Notes: generated from the letters alone by a model not told the origin. A stretch of 64,000 nt of DNA from Chthoniobacteraceae bacterium (GCA_947479475.1 CANJZW010000001.1:15313-79312), one strand, 5' to 3'. Positions 28,167 to 36,915 are shown, numbered from the stretch's first letter. Made by a program: numbers and translations.

Positions 28167-29759
28167 ATGTCGCTGCACGGGAAAAGTTACATCGCTGGTG
28201 CGCCGTCTCTTCCGAGTCCGCTCACTTTTTCGGCCGTCGACCCCCAGACGGGGGCTGTGCTCGTACCCGCGTTTTACGAGTGTTCGGAGCGGGAGGTGGA
28301 TGCGGCGCTTGACGCCGCCGAGGAGTCGGCCGCGGCTTTTCGGCAGAGTACGCCCGAGGCCCGCGCGCTCTTTTTGGAGGCCATCGCGACTGAAATTCTT
28401 GCCCTGGGGGACGCACTTCTCTCGCGGGCTCACCATGAAACGGGGCTGCCGCTGGACCGCCTCACGGGCGAACGCGGGCGCACCGTGGGGCAGTTGCGAT
28501 TGTTCGCGGACGTCGTCCGGGAGGGTTCCTGGTGCGACGCCCGCATCGACACGGCGCTGCCGGAGCGCACTCCGGTGCCCCGGCCTGATTTGCGCAGCGT
28601 TCTTGTGCCGGTGGGCCCCGTGGTAGTGTTTGGTGCGAGCAATTTTCCCCTGGCCTTCTCCGTGGCGGGGGGCGACACCGTTAGCGCCCTGGCGGTGGGG
28701 TGTCCGGTGGTGGTGAAGGGCCACCCGGCGCATCCCGGTACGGGCGAACTGGTGGCCGGTGCGGTGAACCGCGCCGTACTTGCGGCAGGCTTGCCGGCGG
28801 GCGTGTTTTCTTTTTTGCAGGGCAGCACCCACTCTTTGGGAAAGGCTCTGGTGCAGCATCCCCAAACGCGCGCCGTGGGTTTCACGGGTTCTCAGCGCGG
28901 GGGGCGGGCGTTGTTGGACGCCGCCGGCGCCAGGGTGGAACCCATTCCTGTTTTCGCCGAAATGAGCAGTCTTAACCCGGTCTTTATTCTGCCGGGGGCG
29001 CTTTTGGAACGAGGCGCCCAGATCGCGGAGGGCCTCAAGAATTCGCTCACCATGGGCGTCGGCCAGTTTTGCACAAAGCCCGGTCTGACTTTCGCGGTTG
29101 GCGGAGAGGCGCTGGAGGTATTCCGCGAGACGCTGGCGAAGGCCGTTTACGGAGCGGCGCCTGGGACAATGCTGCATGCTGGGATTAGCGGGGCTTTTGC
29201 CGCGGCGGTCGCCGCTGTGGAGGTTCTCCCGGGGGTGCACCGACTCGCGTGCGGGGAGCGGGAGGCGGACGCCGCCCTCACTCAAGGGCGGCCGGTGGTC
29301 TTGAGCGTCGGTTCCGAAGCATTTGCCAGCCAGCCCCTGCTTCAGGAGGAGTTGTTTGGCCCCGCGAGCCTTCTAGTGGAGGCCAAAAACAGGGAAGACC
29401 TGCGCAACCTGGCGGAGGGCTTGGACGGGCAGCTGACCGCGACAATCCATGGGACGGAGGCCGACTTGGCGGAGGCCCGGGACTTGGTGGCGATCCTGGA
29501 ACGCAAGGCGGGGCGGGTCCTCTTTAACGGCTTCCCGACGGGAGTGGAGGTTTGTCCGTCCATGCAACACGGTGGGCCCTACCCGGCAACTTCCGACAGC
29601 CGTTTTACCAGCGTGGGGACGGCGGCGCTTAGGCGCTGGGTGCGGCCCGTCTGTTACCAGAATTTCCCGGCGGTGGCGTTGCCGCAGGAGCTCAGGAATG
29701 AAAATCCCCTTCGGCTCATGCGTCTTGTTAATGGCAAACTCGGCCGGGAATCGCTCTGA
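28167..29759 (+). CDS. NAD(P)+-dependent aldehyde dehydrogenase, alpha-ketoglutarate semialdehyde dehydrogenase-like
   Basis: A GGAGG sits 7 nt upstream of the ATG. ALDH motifs are VVVFGASNFP, GCPVVVKGHPAHP, FAEMSSLNPVFILP (general-base Glu) and GVGQFCTKPG (catalytic Cys). Confidence 0.9.
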   Translation: MSLHGKSYIAGAPSLPSPLTFSAVDPQTGAVLVPAFYECSEREVDAALDAAEESAAAFRQSTPEARALFLEAIATEILALGDALLSRAHHETGLPLDRLTGERGRTVGQLRLFADVVREGSWCDARIDTALPERTPVPRPDLRSVLVPVGPVVVFGASNFPLAFSVAGGDTVSALAVGCPVVVKGHPAHPGTGELVAGAVNRAVLAAGLPAGVFSFLQGSTHSLGKALVQHPQTRAVGFTGSQRGGRALLDAAGARVEPIPVFAEMSSLNPVFILPGALLERGAQIAEGLKNSLTMGVGQFCTKPGLTFAVGGEALEVFRETLAKAVYGAAPGTMLHAGISGAFAAAVAAVEVLPGVHRLACGEREADAALTQGRPVVLSVGSEAFASQPLLQEELFGPASLLVEAKNREDLRNLAEGLDGQLTATIHGTEADLAEARDLVAILERKAGRVLFNGFPTGVEVCPSMQHGGPYPATSDSRFTSVGTAALRRWVRPVCYQNFPAVALPQELRNENPLRLMRLVNGKLGRESL

Positions 29760-29925
29760 GCATAAGCGAACCGCTCCGGAAGAGGCGGCTTCTCGCGCCC
29801 GCGCGCCCGCGCGTGAGAGGGGCGCTGGATTTCGCCCCTTGAACATGGTTTTATCGACCTAATAAACGCCCGAAAAACGGGTCGTGTCTCCGCAGTTGTT
29901 TTCCTCCCCAGTTGTTTTGCACCTC

Positions 29926-32900
29926 ATGAAATTCCGCAGTCTTTTCTCCCCGGTTGTTCTGTTGGCAACGAGTCTGTTGTTGCCAAACCCGTTGTTTTCC
30001 GCTGACGCGGTGAAGAAGTCTGAGACGCCTAAAAAATGGGAGATGGACTACGGGCCGTTTCTGAATCTGACAGTGCAGATGCCGGGGGAAAACCCGGGCT
30101 CCACCCCCAAGGGGATCGCCATCCGGGTGGGGGCAGAGAAGGAGGGGACGCTCGTTTTTGACACGGATTTGCTCCGTGTAACAGGAGGTTGGACGGGCGG
30201 CTTTGTGGATTTTAAAGGGGTCGCCTTCAGCGGGTCGCATGGAGGAAACCCCGGCCCTGTGGGTACGGTGCTGTTCCGCACCTCCGCCTCACCGGGGTGG
30301 AGCAAGGCGGGGAGTTTCAGTGATCCGCGGCCGCTGCCCACGGGGTTTGGGGCCTCCACAGTCCCCTATGGTCCGCTGCCCAAGGAGTGGGCGCAGTACA
30401 AGGGGCTGTACCGGCACGGGGAAAAAGTCACCCTCTCTTACACGGTCGGGAGTGCGTCCATTCTGGAATCGCCCGCTTTGGAGGGGGGCGTTTTGGTGCG
30501 TTCGGTGGATATCAAATCCGGTGGCGAGGCGTCCGACCTGCTGGTGGCTGAGGTTTCCGAGGGTGCCAAGAGGGAGGAGCGCAATGGCTTCCTGATCCTT
30601 TCGGACGATCCTGCCAAACCGGATTCTCGCCTCGTCTTGCGCGCTTCGGGTGCGCCCGCGGGGGCGAGATGGAAGGCCGGAGACTCAGGCAAGGTTGTCC
30701 TTCAGTTGCCCGCCTTGAAGGCAGGCCAGCGCTTTAAGCTTGGCCACTGGAAGGGGACGGTTGCTGACCTTGAAAAAGGCTTTGCCGCACTCAATGCGCT
30801 CTCCCCGGCGCTCGACTTGACGCCTTTCACAAAAGCGGGGCCCGCGCTTTGGCCGCAGGTGGTCACCACCCAGGGCCAGATCGGCACCGAAGACGGCGCT
30901 TTCCAGTTGGACACCGTGGCGCTGCCCATGGACAACCCCTGGCACTCCTGGCTGCGCCTGGGCGGGGTGGACTTTTTTAAGGACGGCCGCATCGCCTTCT
31001 CCACCTTCGCCGGGGACGTCTGGATCGGGTCCGGCATTGACGAAAAATTGCAGAACATCCGCTGGAAACGTTTCGCGGCGGGGCTGCACCAGGCGCTGGG
31101 GCTCAAAATTGTGGACGACGTGATTTATGTCACCTGCCGCGACGGCATCGTCCGTTTGATCGATTCCAATGCGGACGGCGAGGCAGATTTTTACGAGGCC
31201 TTCAACAACCAGGTCCAGGTCACCCCGAACTTCCACGAGTTCATGTTCGAGCTGCAGACCGATTCGCAGGGGAACTTTTATTTTGTCAAAGGTGGGCCCG
31301 TCAAAGGCGGCGGTCGGGGCTGGGATCCCATCGCCGAACACAACGGCACCATGATGAAGGTGTCCAAGGACGGCTCGAAATTCGAGGTGTTTGCCACCGG
31401 GTTCCGCGCCCCCAACGGCATCGGGATCGGTCCGGACGACGTGATTACGAGCGGCGACAATGAGGGGACTTGGGTGCCGATGTGTTACCTGCACATCGTC
31501 AAGAAAGGCTCCTTTTTGAGCGTGCCCGACCTTTCCCACAAGGAGCCCCTGCCCAAGGCGTTTGATCCGCACGTCTGCTTTTTCCCCAAGTCCGTCGACA
31601 ACTCCTCCGGGGGGCAGGTCTGGGTGACGAGCCCGAAATGGGGCCCGCTTCAGGGGCGGTTGTTGCACATGAGTTATGGAACGGCTTCGCTTTATGAAGT
31701 GATGATGGAGACGGTGGACGGCGTGGTTCAGGGCGGCGTGACGAAGGTGCCGCTCAAGTTCGCCACCGGCCTCATGCGCGCGCGTTTTTCTCCCGTGGAC
31801 GGGCAGCTTTATGTGGCGGGGCAGCGCGGCTGGCAGACGAGCGGGACCGAGGACGGGGCGATCCAGAGAGTTCGCTACACGGGCAAACCCCATTACGCAC
31901 CCAAGGCGCTGCGCGTGACGGACGCCGGAATTCACCTCGAATTTGACGAACCGCTGGATCCAGAGACGGCTGGGAACCCGGACAACTACAGCGTCGAGCA
32001 GTACAATTACCGCTGGACCTCCAACTACGGCTCCAAGGATTACCGTCCCAGCAATCCGGATGAACTCGGGCACGACATGGCCGACATTTCGGGGCTGCGT
32101 CTGGCACCAGACCGGCGCTCGGTGTTCCTGCAAATCGCGGGACTCAAGCCCGTGATGCAGAGTGAAATCACGCTGCGCATCAAGGCGGCCACCGGAGCGG
32201 CCATGCCGGAGAAGATCTACCACACCATCAACGTGGTGGGCCGCGAACCAGTTGTTGCGCCGCTTGGCACGCTGGTTTCCACGGCGGGGACCGCCCTCAA
32301 GACGGCGGGCAGCGGGGTTGCTTTGACCCTGAAGGCCGGAGGAAAGACGGATGTCCGGCGGGACCGGTTGATCGCGCTGCATGTGCCGGCGGCGGGTGCG
32401 GTTTCGCCCTTCCTGCCCAAAGGAGCGTTCGAAGCCCAGTGGGACTCGGTTTTGACCGTGCCCCTGCGCAAACAGGTAACTTTCAGGGCCGAAGGCACCG
32501 GGAGCGCCAAGGTGAGCGTGAACGGGAACGTCCTCTTTGACGGAGCGGTTTCAGGGGCGGCGAAGTTTTTGGAAGGAGCGGTGGATTTGCGCAAGGGAGG
32601 CAACGCCCTCAAGGTGGAGTATCGCAGCCCGGCCAAAGGAGAGTCGACGTTCCGGCTGCTTTGGGCGTCGGTGGGCGATTTTGCGGCGACACCGGTCCAG
32701 CCGACGGCCTTGTCCGTGCCCGAGGAGAGTGCGCAGGCGGTGGCCTTGGGCAGCCGTTTGCGCGAGGGGCGCCAGTTATTTGCGCAGGCAAACTGTGTGG
32801 CCTGTCACGAAGGCTCGGGGGTTTTGTCCGCCAAGGGACAGACACCGGAAGCGATGCCGGAGTTCGGCCAAAACGCCCCGCTTCTCGCGGAAGTGGGCGC

Positions 32901-34275
32901 GCGGTTTGAAAAAGCGTGGCTGGCGCAGTGGATCCGCAATCCCCACCAGTTCCGGCCGGGGAGTCTGATGCCCGCCGTTCTGAACGGGCCTGAAGCCGGG
33001 CAACAAGCGGCCGATATTGCGGCGTTCCTCTCCAGCCAGGGCACGGCCACGGCGGCGGTTCTGCCGGAGGATAAGGGCGAGGGGGGCAAGCTGTTTGGCA
33101 ACCTCGGGTGTATCGGCTGTCACAGTACGCCTCAAAGCAAGGTGGGTAACGACTTCAACCGGGTGCCGCTTAATCATGTGAGCGCCAAATGGCAGCCCGT
33201 TGCGCTCAAGGACTACCTCCTGGAACCCCACAAGTTCAGTCCAGGTTCAAAGATGCCCAAGACGCCGCTCTCTGAAAAAGAAGCGACGGAGCTGGCCTCC
33301 TATTTGATGAGCTTTCCCAAAGAAGTGCATCCGGCGGGTCCCGTTGGCGACATGGCGCGGGGCGGCCAGTTGTTTGCCTCGGTGGGGTGTATCCAGTGTC
33401 ACGCAGGGGTGCCGGGGACGGCGACGGCTCTTGCGAAAATCGTGGCCAAGCCGCTGGCCGGGGGCTGCCTTGCCGAAGACGCCGCCGCGCGGGGCAAGGC
33501 TCCCGACTACGCCTTCAGCGCGCCCCAGCGCGAGGCATTGCGGGCGGTGGCCAGGGAAGGGCTGCGTTGCATCGAGCAGGATTCACCCCTGGAATTCGCC
33601 CAGCGCGCGGTGACCGAACTGCGCTGCGTGGCGTGCCACCAATTGGACGCCCGCCAGAGTGTGTGGTCCTCAGTGACGGAAGAGGCCAACCTGTTGGGGG
33701 CGCTCAAGGGCGGGCCCACGCAGGCCAATCCCCACGGCCCGCGTTTCACCACAAGCATTCCGCAGCTCACCTGGCTGGGGGAAAAACTCCAGCCCGCTTG
33801 GAGCGTGAAGACGATCGCGGGGGCGCACGCGGAAAAGACCCGACCCTATCTCTACGGAAGGATGCCGGCGTTCCCTGCGTATGCGGAGGTTCTCGCCAAG
33901 GGGCTTTCACACTGGCACGGCTTTGACGATAAAACGGCTTCCTGGGGCGGCAAAGAAGTCGAACTGGCTGCCGAGGGCTCAAAGCTGTTGGGGGATCAGG
34001 GTGGGTTCGCCTGCACGGTCTGCCACGATGTGGGCAAGCAGCCTGCGAGCGCACCCTTCGAGGCTCCGGCCGTAAATTTCGCCTGGGCTTCGCAGAGGCT
34101 CCGTTTGTCGTATTACGAGCGCTGGCTGGCCGAGCCCCAGCGCATGGATCCAGAAACGAAGATGCCGCGTTATTCCGACGCCAAAGGCCGTACCCAGTTG
34201 CGCTCAGTTTTCGACGGAGACGCCAAGCGCCAGTTCGAGGCGATCCGCCAGTATTTGACCACCCTCTCCGAGTGA
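29926..34275 (+). CDS. giant beta-propeller / PA14-like / penta-CxxCH cytochrome c fusion protein
   Basis: The ORF opens at a GTG at 29884. The ATG at 29926 gives the signal peptide MKFRSLFSPVVLLATSLLLPNPLFSA. Propeller block RLIDSNADGEADFYEAF...FRAPNGIGIGPDDVITSGDNEGTW. Five CxxCH motifs: CVACH 32794..32808, CIGCH 33109..33123, CIQCH 33388..33402, CVACH 33625..33639 and CTVCH 34012..34026. Confidence 0.85.
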   Translation: MKFRSLFSPVVLLATSLLLPNPLFSADAVKKSETPKKWEMDYGPFLNLTVQMPGENPGSTPKGIAIRVGAEKEGTLVFDTDLLRVTGGWTGGFVDFKGVAFSGSHGGNPGPVGTVLFRTSASPGWSKAGSFSDPRPLPTGFGASTVPYGPLPKEWAQYKGLYRHGEKVTLSYTVGSASILESPALEGGVLVRSVDIKSGGEASDLLVAEVSEGAKREERNGFLILSDDPAKPDSRLVLRASGAPAGARWKAGDSGKVVLQLPALKAGQRFKLGHWKGTVADLEKGFAALNALSPALDLTPFTKAGPALWPQVVTTQGQIGTEDGAFQLDTVALPMDNPWHSWLRLGGVDFFKDGRIAFSTFAGDVWIGSGIDEKLQNIRWKRFAAGLHQALGLKIVDDVIYVTCRDGIVRLIDSNADGEADFYEAFNNQVQVTPNFHEFMFELQTDSQGNFYFVKGGPVKGGGRGWDPIAEHNGTMMKVSKDGSKFEVFATGFRAPNGIGIGPDDVITSGDNEGTWVPMCYLHIVKKGSFLSVPDLSHKEPLPKAFDPHVCFFPKSVDNSSGGQVWVTSPKWGPLQGRLLHMSYGTASLYEVMMETVDGVVQGGVTKVPLKFATGLMRARFSPVDGQLYVAGQRGWQTSGTEDGAIQRVRYTGKPHYAPKALRVTDAGIHLEFDEPLDPETAGNPDNYSVEQYNYRWTSNYGSKDYRPSNPDELGHDMADISGLRLAPDRRSVFLQIAGLKPVMQSEITLRIKAATGAAMPEKIYHTINVVGREPVVAPLGTLVSTAGTALKTAGSGVALTLKAGGKTDVRRDRLIALHVPAAGAVSPFLPKGAFEAQWDSVLTVPLRKQVTFRAEGTGSAKVSVNGNVLFDGAVSGAAKFLEGAVDLRKGGNALKVEYRSPAKGESTFRLLWASVGDFAATPVQPTALSVPEESAQAVALGSRLREGRQLFAQANCVACHEGSGVLSAKGQTPEAMPEFGQNAPLLAEVGARFEKAWLAQWIRNPHQFRPGSLMPAVLNGPEAGQQAADIAAFLSSQGTATAAVLPEDKGEGGKLFGNLGCIGCHSTPQSKVGNDFNRVPLNHVSAKWQPVALKDYLLEPHKFSPGSKMPKTPLSEKEATELASYLMSFPKEVHPAGPVGDMARGGQLFASVGCIQCHAGVPGTATALAKIVAKPLAGGCLAEDAAARGKAPDYAFSAPQREALRAVAREGLRCIEQDSPLEFAQRAVTELRCVACHQLDARQSVWSSVTEEANLLGALKGGPTQANPHGPRFTTSIPQLTWLGEKLQPAWSVKTIAGAHAEKTRPYLYGRMPAFPAYAEVLAKGLSHWHGFDDKTASWGGKEVELAAEGSKLLGDQGGFACTVCHDVGKQPASAPFEAPAVNFAWASQRLRLSYYERWLAEPQRMDPETKMPRYSDAKGRTQLRSVFDGDAKRQFEAIRQYLTTLSE

Positions 34276-34380
34276 GGGTGGGGGACTTTTGGCTGGGCTG
34301 ACAGAACAAGCCCCGCCATTTCCCGGTTATCCCGCGCAGCGCCCCCGCGAGGGCGGTCTGCGGGCCGATTCAGGGGGTGG

Positions 34381-35718
34381 ATGCCCGAGCCTTTTCACCG
34401 CAGCCTGCAGATTCCAAAACTTGGGCTCGCCAGGGTTCCTTCCCCCGGCCTCTCCCGCGAGTGGGGGGCCGCCGCTAAGAGCTGGGTGGAAGATTGTGAA
34501 CGCATCCTGCTCGACGATAGTGTGGTAGGTGACAACGGATTGGCAGCCAGGCCAGGCCCCCGCGCCGAAAGGCTTTCAGTCGAAAAAGCAGGCCCGAGGC
34601 GGACGATCTTTTTCCAACCTGAAACCACGACCTGCGCGATCGTCACCTGCGGCGGGTTGTGCCCCGGGATCAACGACGTGATCCGAAGTTTGGTGATGCA
34701 TGCACACTACGGCTACGGCGTCCGACGCGTTCTGGGGCTGAGGTACGGGTACGAGGGGCTCAACGCCGAATGTGGCCACGTGCCCATCGAGCTGACCCCT
34801 GAGCGCGTGGCGAAAATCCAGCACATGGGAGGTTCGGTTTTAGGGACTTCCAGAGGCCGCCAGGCCGCCGCCTCCATGGTCGCGCGCCTCGAAGAACTCG
34901 ATGTTCAGGTGCTTTTTGTCGTCGGCGGGGATGGCTCTCAGCGGGGGGCTCGGGACATTGTCGAGGAAGTCACACGGAGAGGGCTGGCGCTTTCGGTCAT
35001 CGGTATTCCAAAAACCATCGACAACGACCTCCTCTACATGGATCGCAGTTTTGGTTATTTAACGGCCTTCAGCGAAGCGTTTCGTTCCCTGGGGGTGGCC
35101 CATGCGGAGGCTCGCGGCGCCCGGAACGGGATCGGGCTGGTCAAACTAATGGGCCGGGATTCGGGGTTCATCGCCTGCGCGGCGGCTCTTGCGACGGCGG
35201 AGGCTAATTTTGTGCTCATTCCCGAGGTGCCTTTTCGCCTGGAGGGAGGGACGGGCCTGCTGGCTTGCTTGGAGCAGCGGCTCCACGAGCGGCGGCACGC
35301 CCTAGTCCTCGTGGCCGAGGGAGCGGGGCAGGATTTGTTCGTCCATCGCACCGAGGAAACAGACGCTTCCGGCAACCGCCGTTACGAGGACATCGGCGTT
35401 TTTTTAAAGGAGCGCATCCCCGCGTTTTTCCAGGCGCGGAACAGGGGGTGTAACCTGCGTTATATCGACCCCGGCTACCAGTTGCGTGGGGTGGTGGCGA
35501 CACCCGAGGACCGCATCTTTTGCTTGCAGCTGGCTCGGCACGCCGTCCATGCCGCGATGGCTGGAAAAACAGGGATGGTCGTCGCCCTCTGGCATCAGAG
35601 GTACGTGCACCTGCCGGTTCAACTCGTGGCCGAGGGGCGCCGTAAGGTGGACGTGGAAGGAGATTTGTGGCGGAGCGTACTGGAATCCACAGGGCAGCCT
35701 GCCAGGATGGGCGCCTAG
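34381..35718 (+). CDS. pfkA: 6-phosphofructokinase (long, plant/actinobacterial-type PFK family)
   Basis: Motifs AIVTCGGLCPGINDVIR, FVVGGDGSQRGA, GIPKTIDNDL and LMGRDSGFIA. Confidence 0.9.
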   Translation: MPEPFHRSLQIPKLGLARVPSPGLSREWGAAAKSWVEDCERILLDDSVVGDNGLAARPGPRAERLSVEKAGPRRTIFFQPETTTCAIVTCGGLCPGINDVIRSLVMHAHYGYGVRRVLGLRYGYEGLNAECGHVPIELTPERVAKIQHMGGSVLGTSRGRQAAASMVARLEELDVQVLFVVGGDGSQRGARDIVEEVTRRGLALSVIGIPKTIDNDLLYMDRSFGYLTAFSEAFRSLGVAHAEARGARNGIGLVKLMGRDSGFIACAAALATAEANFVLIPEVPFRLEGGTGLLACLEQRLHERRHALVLVAEGAGQDLFVHRTEETDASGNRRYEDIGVFLKERIPAFFQARNRGCNLRYIDPGYQLRGVVATPEDRIFCLQLARHAVHAAMAGKTGMVVALWHQRYVHLPVQLVAEGRRKVDVEGDLWRSVLESTGQPARMGA

Positions 35719-36029
35719 ACGGGCGGCCAGTTCGCTTCTTCGTCCTCTTCTGGGGCGACTTCCCCTCCGGCGCGCGGGCGGCGGGCTTGCCACTCGTCGT
35801 TCAGTTTGACCAGTCCAAGAATTAGAAGGAGCGGCCGTGCCACAAGGAACAAAAGGCGGGTAATGCCCGCCACCAGAGCGCCGATGGGCAGGAGGGTCAG
35901 TAAAATCCCCACGCCGAACGCTGCGCTCAGGGCTTTGACGGGTTCCTCGCGAGTGTAGGTTTCCACGCGGTTCACTAGGACTTCCCGGGAAGGCGACTGG
36001 GGAGGGGTGGGCTGTTCCGGTGTGCTCAT
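35715..36029 (-). CDS. small membrane protein (two predicted TM helices, acidic C-terminal tail), function unknown
   Basis: Hydrophobic segments ALSAAFGVGILLTLLPIGALVAGI and LLFLVARPLLLILGLV. A GAAGGG-type purine stretch lies upstream of the ATG at 36029. Composition is far more protein-like than the overlapping R/P/G-rich 219-aa ORF in another frame. Confidence 0.5.
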   Translation of the reverse strand: MSTPEQPTPPQSPSREVLVNRVETYTREEPVKALSAAFGVGILLTLLPIGALVAGITRLLFLVARPLLLILGLVKLNDEWQARRPRAGGEVAPEEDEEANWPPV

Positions 36030-36291
36030 GAGACCCTTCTTTTTGGCGAATTCCTGCCCGCAAGCAATCTCCGAATCTGGGTAGACGGGTGGCGAGGCAA
36101 AATAAAGCGGATTTGATGAGGCGCCCTTACTCCAGGGAGGAGGGTCTAAATCTCTTTTAAAAAGAAAATTATAGAAAAATTAATGTTGCGGCCGATTCCT
36201 CATGTCCATGAGCCTCCGCGCCAAAGGAGGCCAAAAAAGGCGCTTCAGTTAAAAAAATACGCCCGTTTCGTCGGAAGGGGGACAAAAACAC

Positions 36292-36320
36292 TTGACCGCA
36301 GGCGTCAGATTTCAGATCTT
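36292..36320 (+). promoter_or_regulatory. candidate sigma-70-like promoter for rpmB
   Basis: TTGACC (36292..36297), a 17-nt spacer, then GATCTT (36315..36320), about 37 nt upstream of the rpmB ATG. An AT-rich stretch lies further upstream at about 36150..36190. This is a weak match and the PVC promoter consensus is uncertain. Confidence 0.25.
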
Positions 36321-36356
36321 CCGCCCCCCCAAACCTTCCATAAGGAGTTTTTTAAA

Positions 36357-36620
36357 ATGAGCCGAGTCTGCAGTATCACTAAAGCCAAGCCCTCACAGGG
36401 GTCCGTCATCCACCGCCGCGGTCTTGCGAAAAAAAGAGGCGGCATCGGCCAGCACGTCACAAAGGTCGTAGGACGCACTTTCTTTCCGAATCTGCAGACC
36501 AAGCGCATCTGGGTGCCTGAAGAAAATCGGTTTGTCACCGTGAAGTTGACGGCCCGCGCGCTGAAGACCGTGACCAAAAACGGAGCCTTTGCGACTCTGA
36601 AAAAGGCCGGCCTTCTCTAA
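36357..36620 (+). CDS. rpmB: 50S ribosomal protein L28
   Basis: MSRVCSITKAKPSQGSVIHRRGLAKKRGGIGQHVTKVVGRTFFPNLQTKRIWVPEENRFVTVKLTARALKTV is a typical L28 sequence. An AAGGAG sits 9 nt upstream of the ATG. The longer 36183 ORF opening is not needed. Confidence 0.95.
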   Translation: MSRVCSITKAKPSQGSVIHRRGLAKKRGGIGQHVTKVVGRTFFPNLQTKRIWVPEENRFVTVKLTARALKTVTKNGAFATLKKAGLL

Positions 36621-36662
36621 ATTTTAGCTTCCCAAATTTCTCAATCTAACTCAAATAAATCT

Positions 36663-36869
36663 ATGGCTTATAGCGTACAGAGCAAAAAATCGGGAAAAAC
36701 CTACATCCTCCACGGACGGAATCAGGTTCTCAAGGGCGGACAGACTGTAACCCTCTTCTTCTTTGCTGGAGAAGCTAAGGAAGGCGTCTTGGATGCGCTC
36801 CCAGAAGGTTACGAAGTGTCCGAAAACGTCTCCACAGGCCTTCCTCTCTTGAAGAAAATCCGGAAGTAG
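36663..36869 (+). CDS. small conserved-looking hypothetical protein (68 aa) downstream of rpmB
   Basis: MAYSVQSKKSGKTYILHGRNQVLKGGQTVTLFFFAGEAKEGVLDALPEGYEVSENVSTGLPLLKKIRK. Composition is balanced. It starts 42 nt after the rpmB stop and is followed by a strong terminator. Confidence 0.55.
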   Translation: MAYSVQSKKSGKTYILHGRNQVLKGGQTVTLFFFAGEAKEGVLDALPEGYEVSENVSTGLPLLKKIRK

Positions 36870-36915
36870 ACTTTTCATTAGTTTAAAGGTGCGAGGTTCG
36901 TCCTCTGCCGGAAGC

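Noticed and set aside
27321-29285. 654-aa ORF on the minus strand spanning the FAH and aldehyde dehydrogenase genes
   Set aside because: It is antisense to two genes with clear family motifs. Its translation is Arg/Pro/Gly/His-rich low-complexity sequence with no recognisable domain. Long stop-free antisense frames are expected in ~65-68% GC coding DNA.
30685-32382. 565-aa minus-strand ORF inside the giant cytochrome fusion gene
   Set aside because: The reasoning is the same as for the 654-aa ORF. It is antisense to a well-supported CDS, has biased R/G/P/H composition, and has no motifs, signal or plausible start context.
35404-36063. 219-aa minus-strand ORF overlapping the pfk 3' end and the small membrane-protein ORF
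   Set aside because: Its translation is R/P/G/S-rich and overlaps the pfk coding region antisense. The alternative 104-aa frame has credible TM helices.
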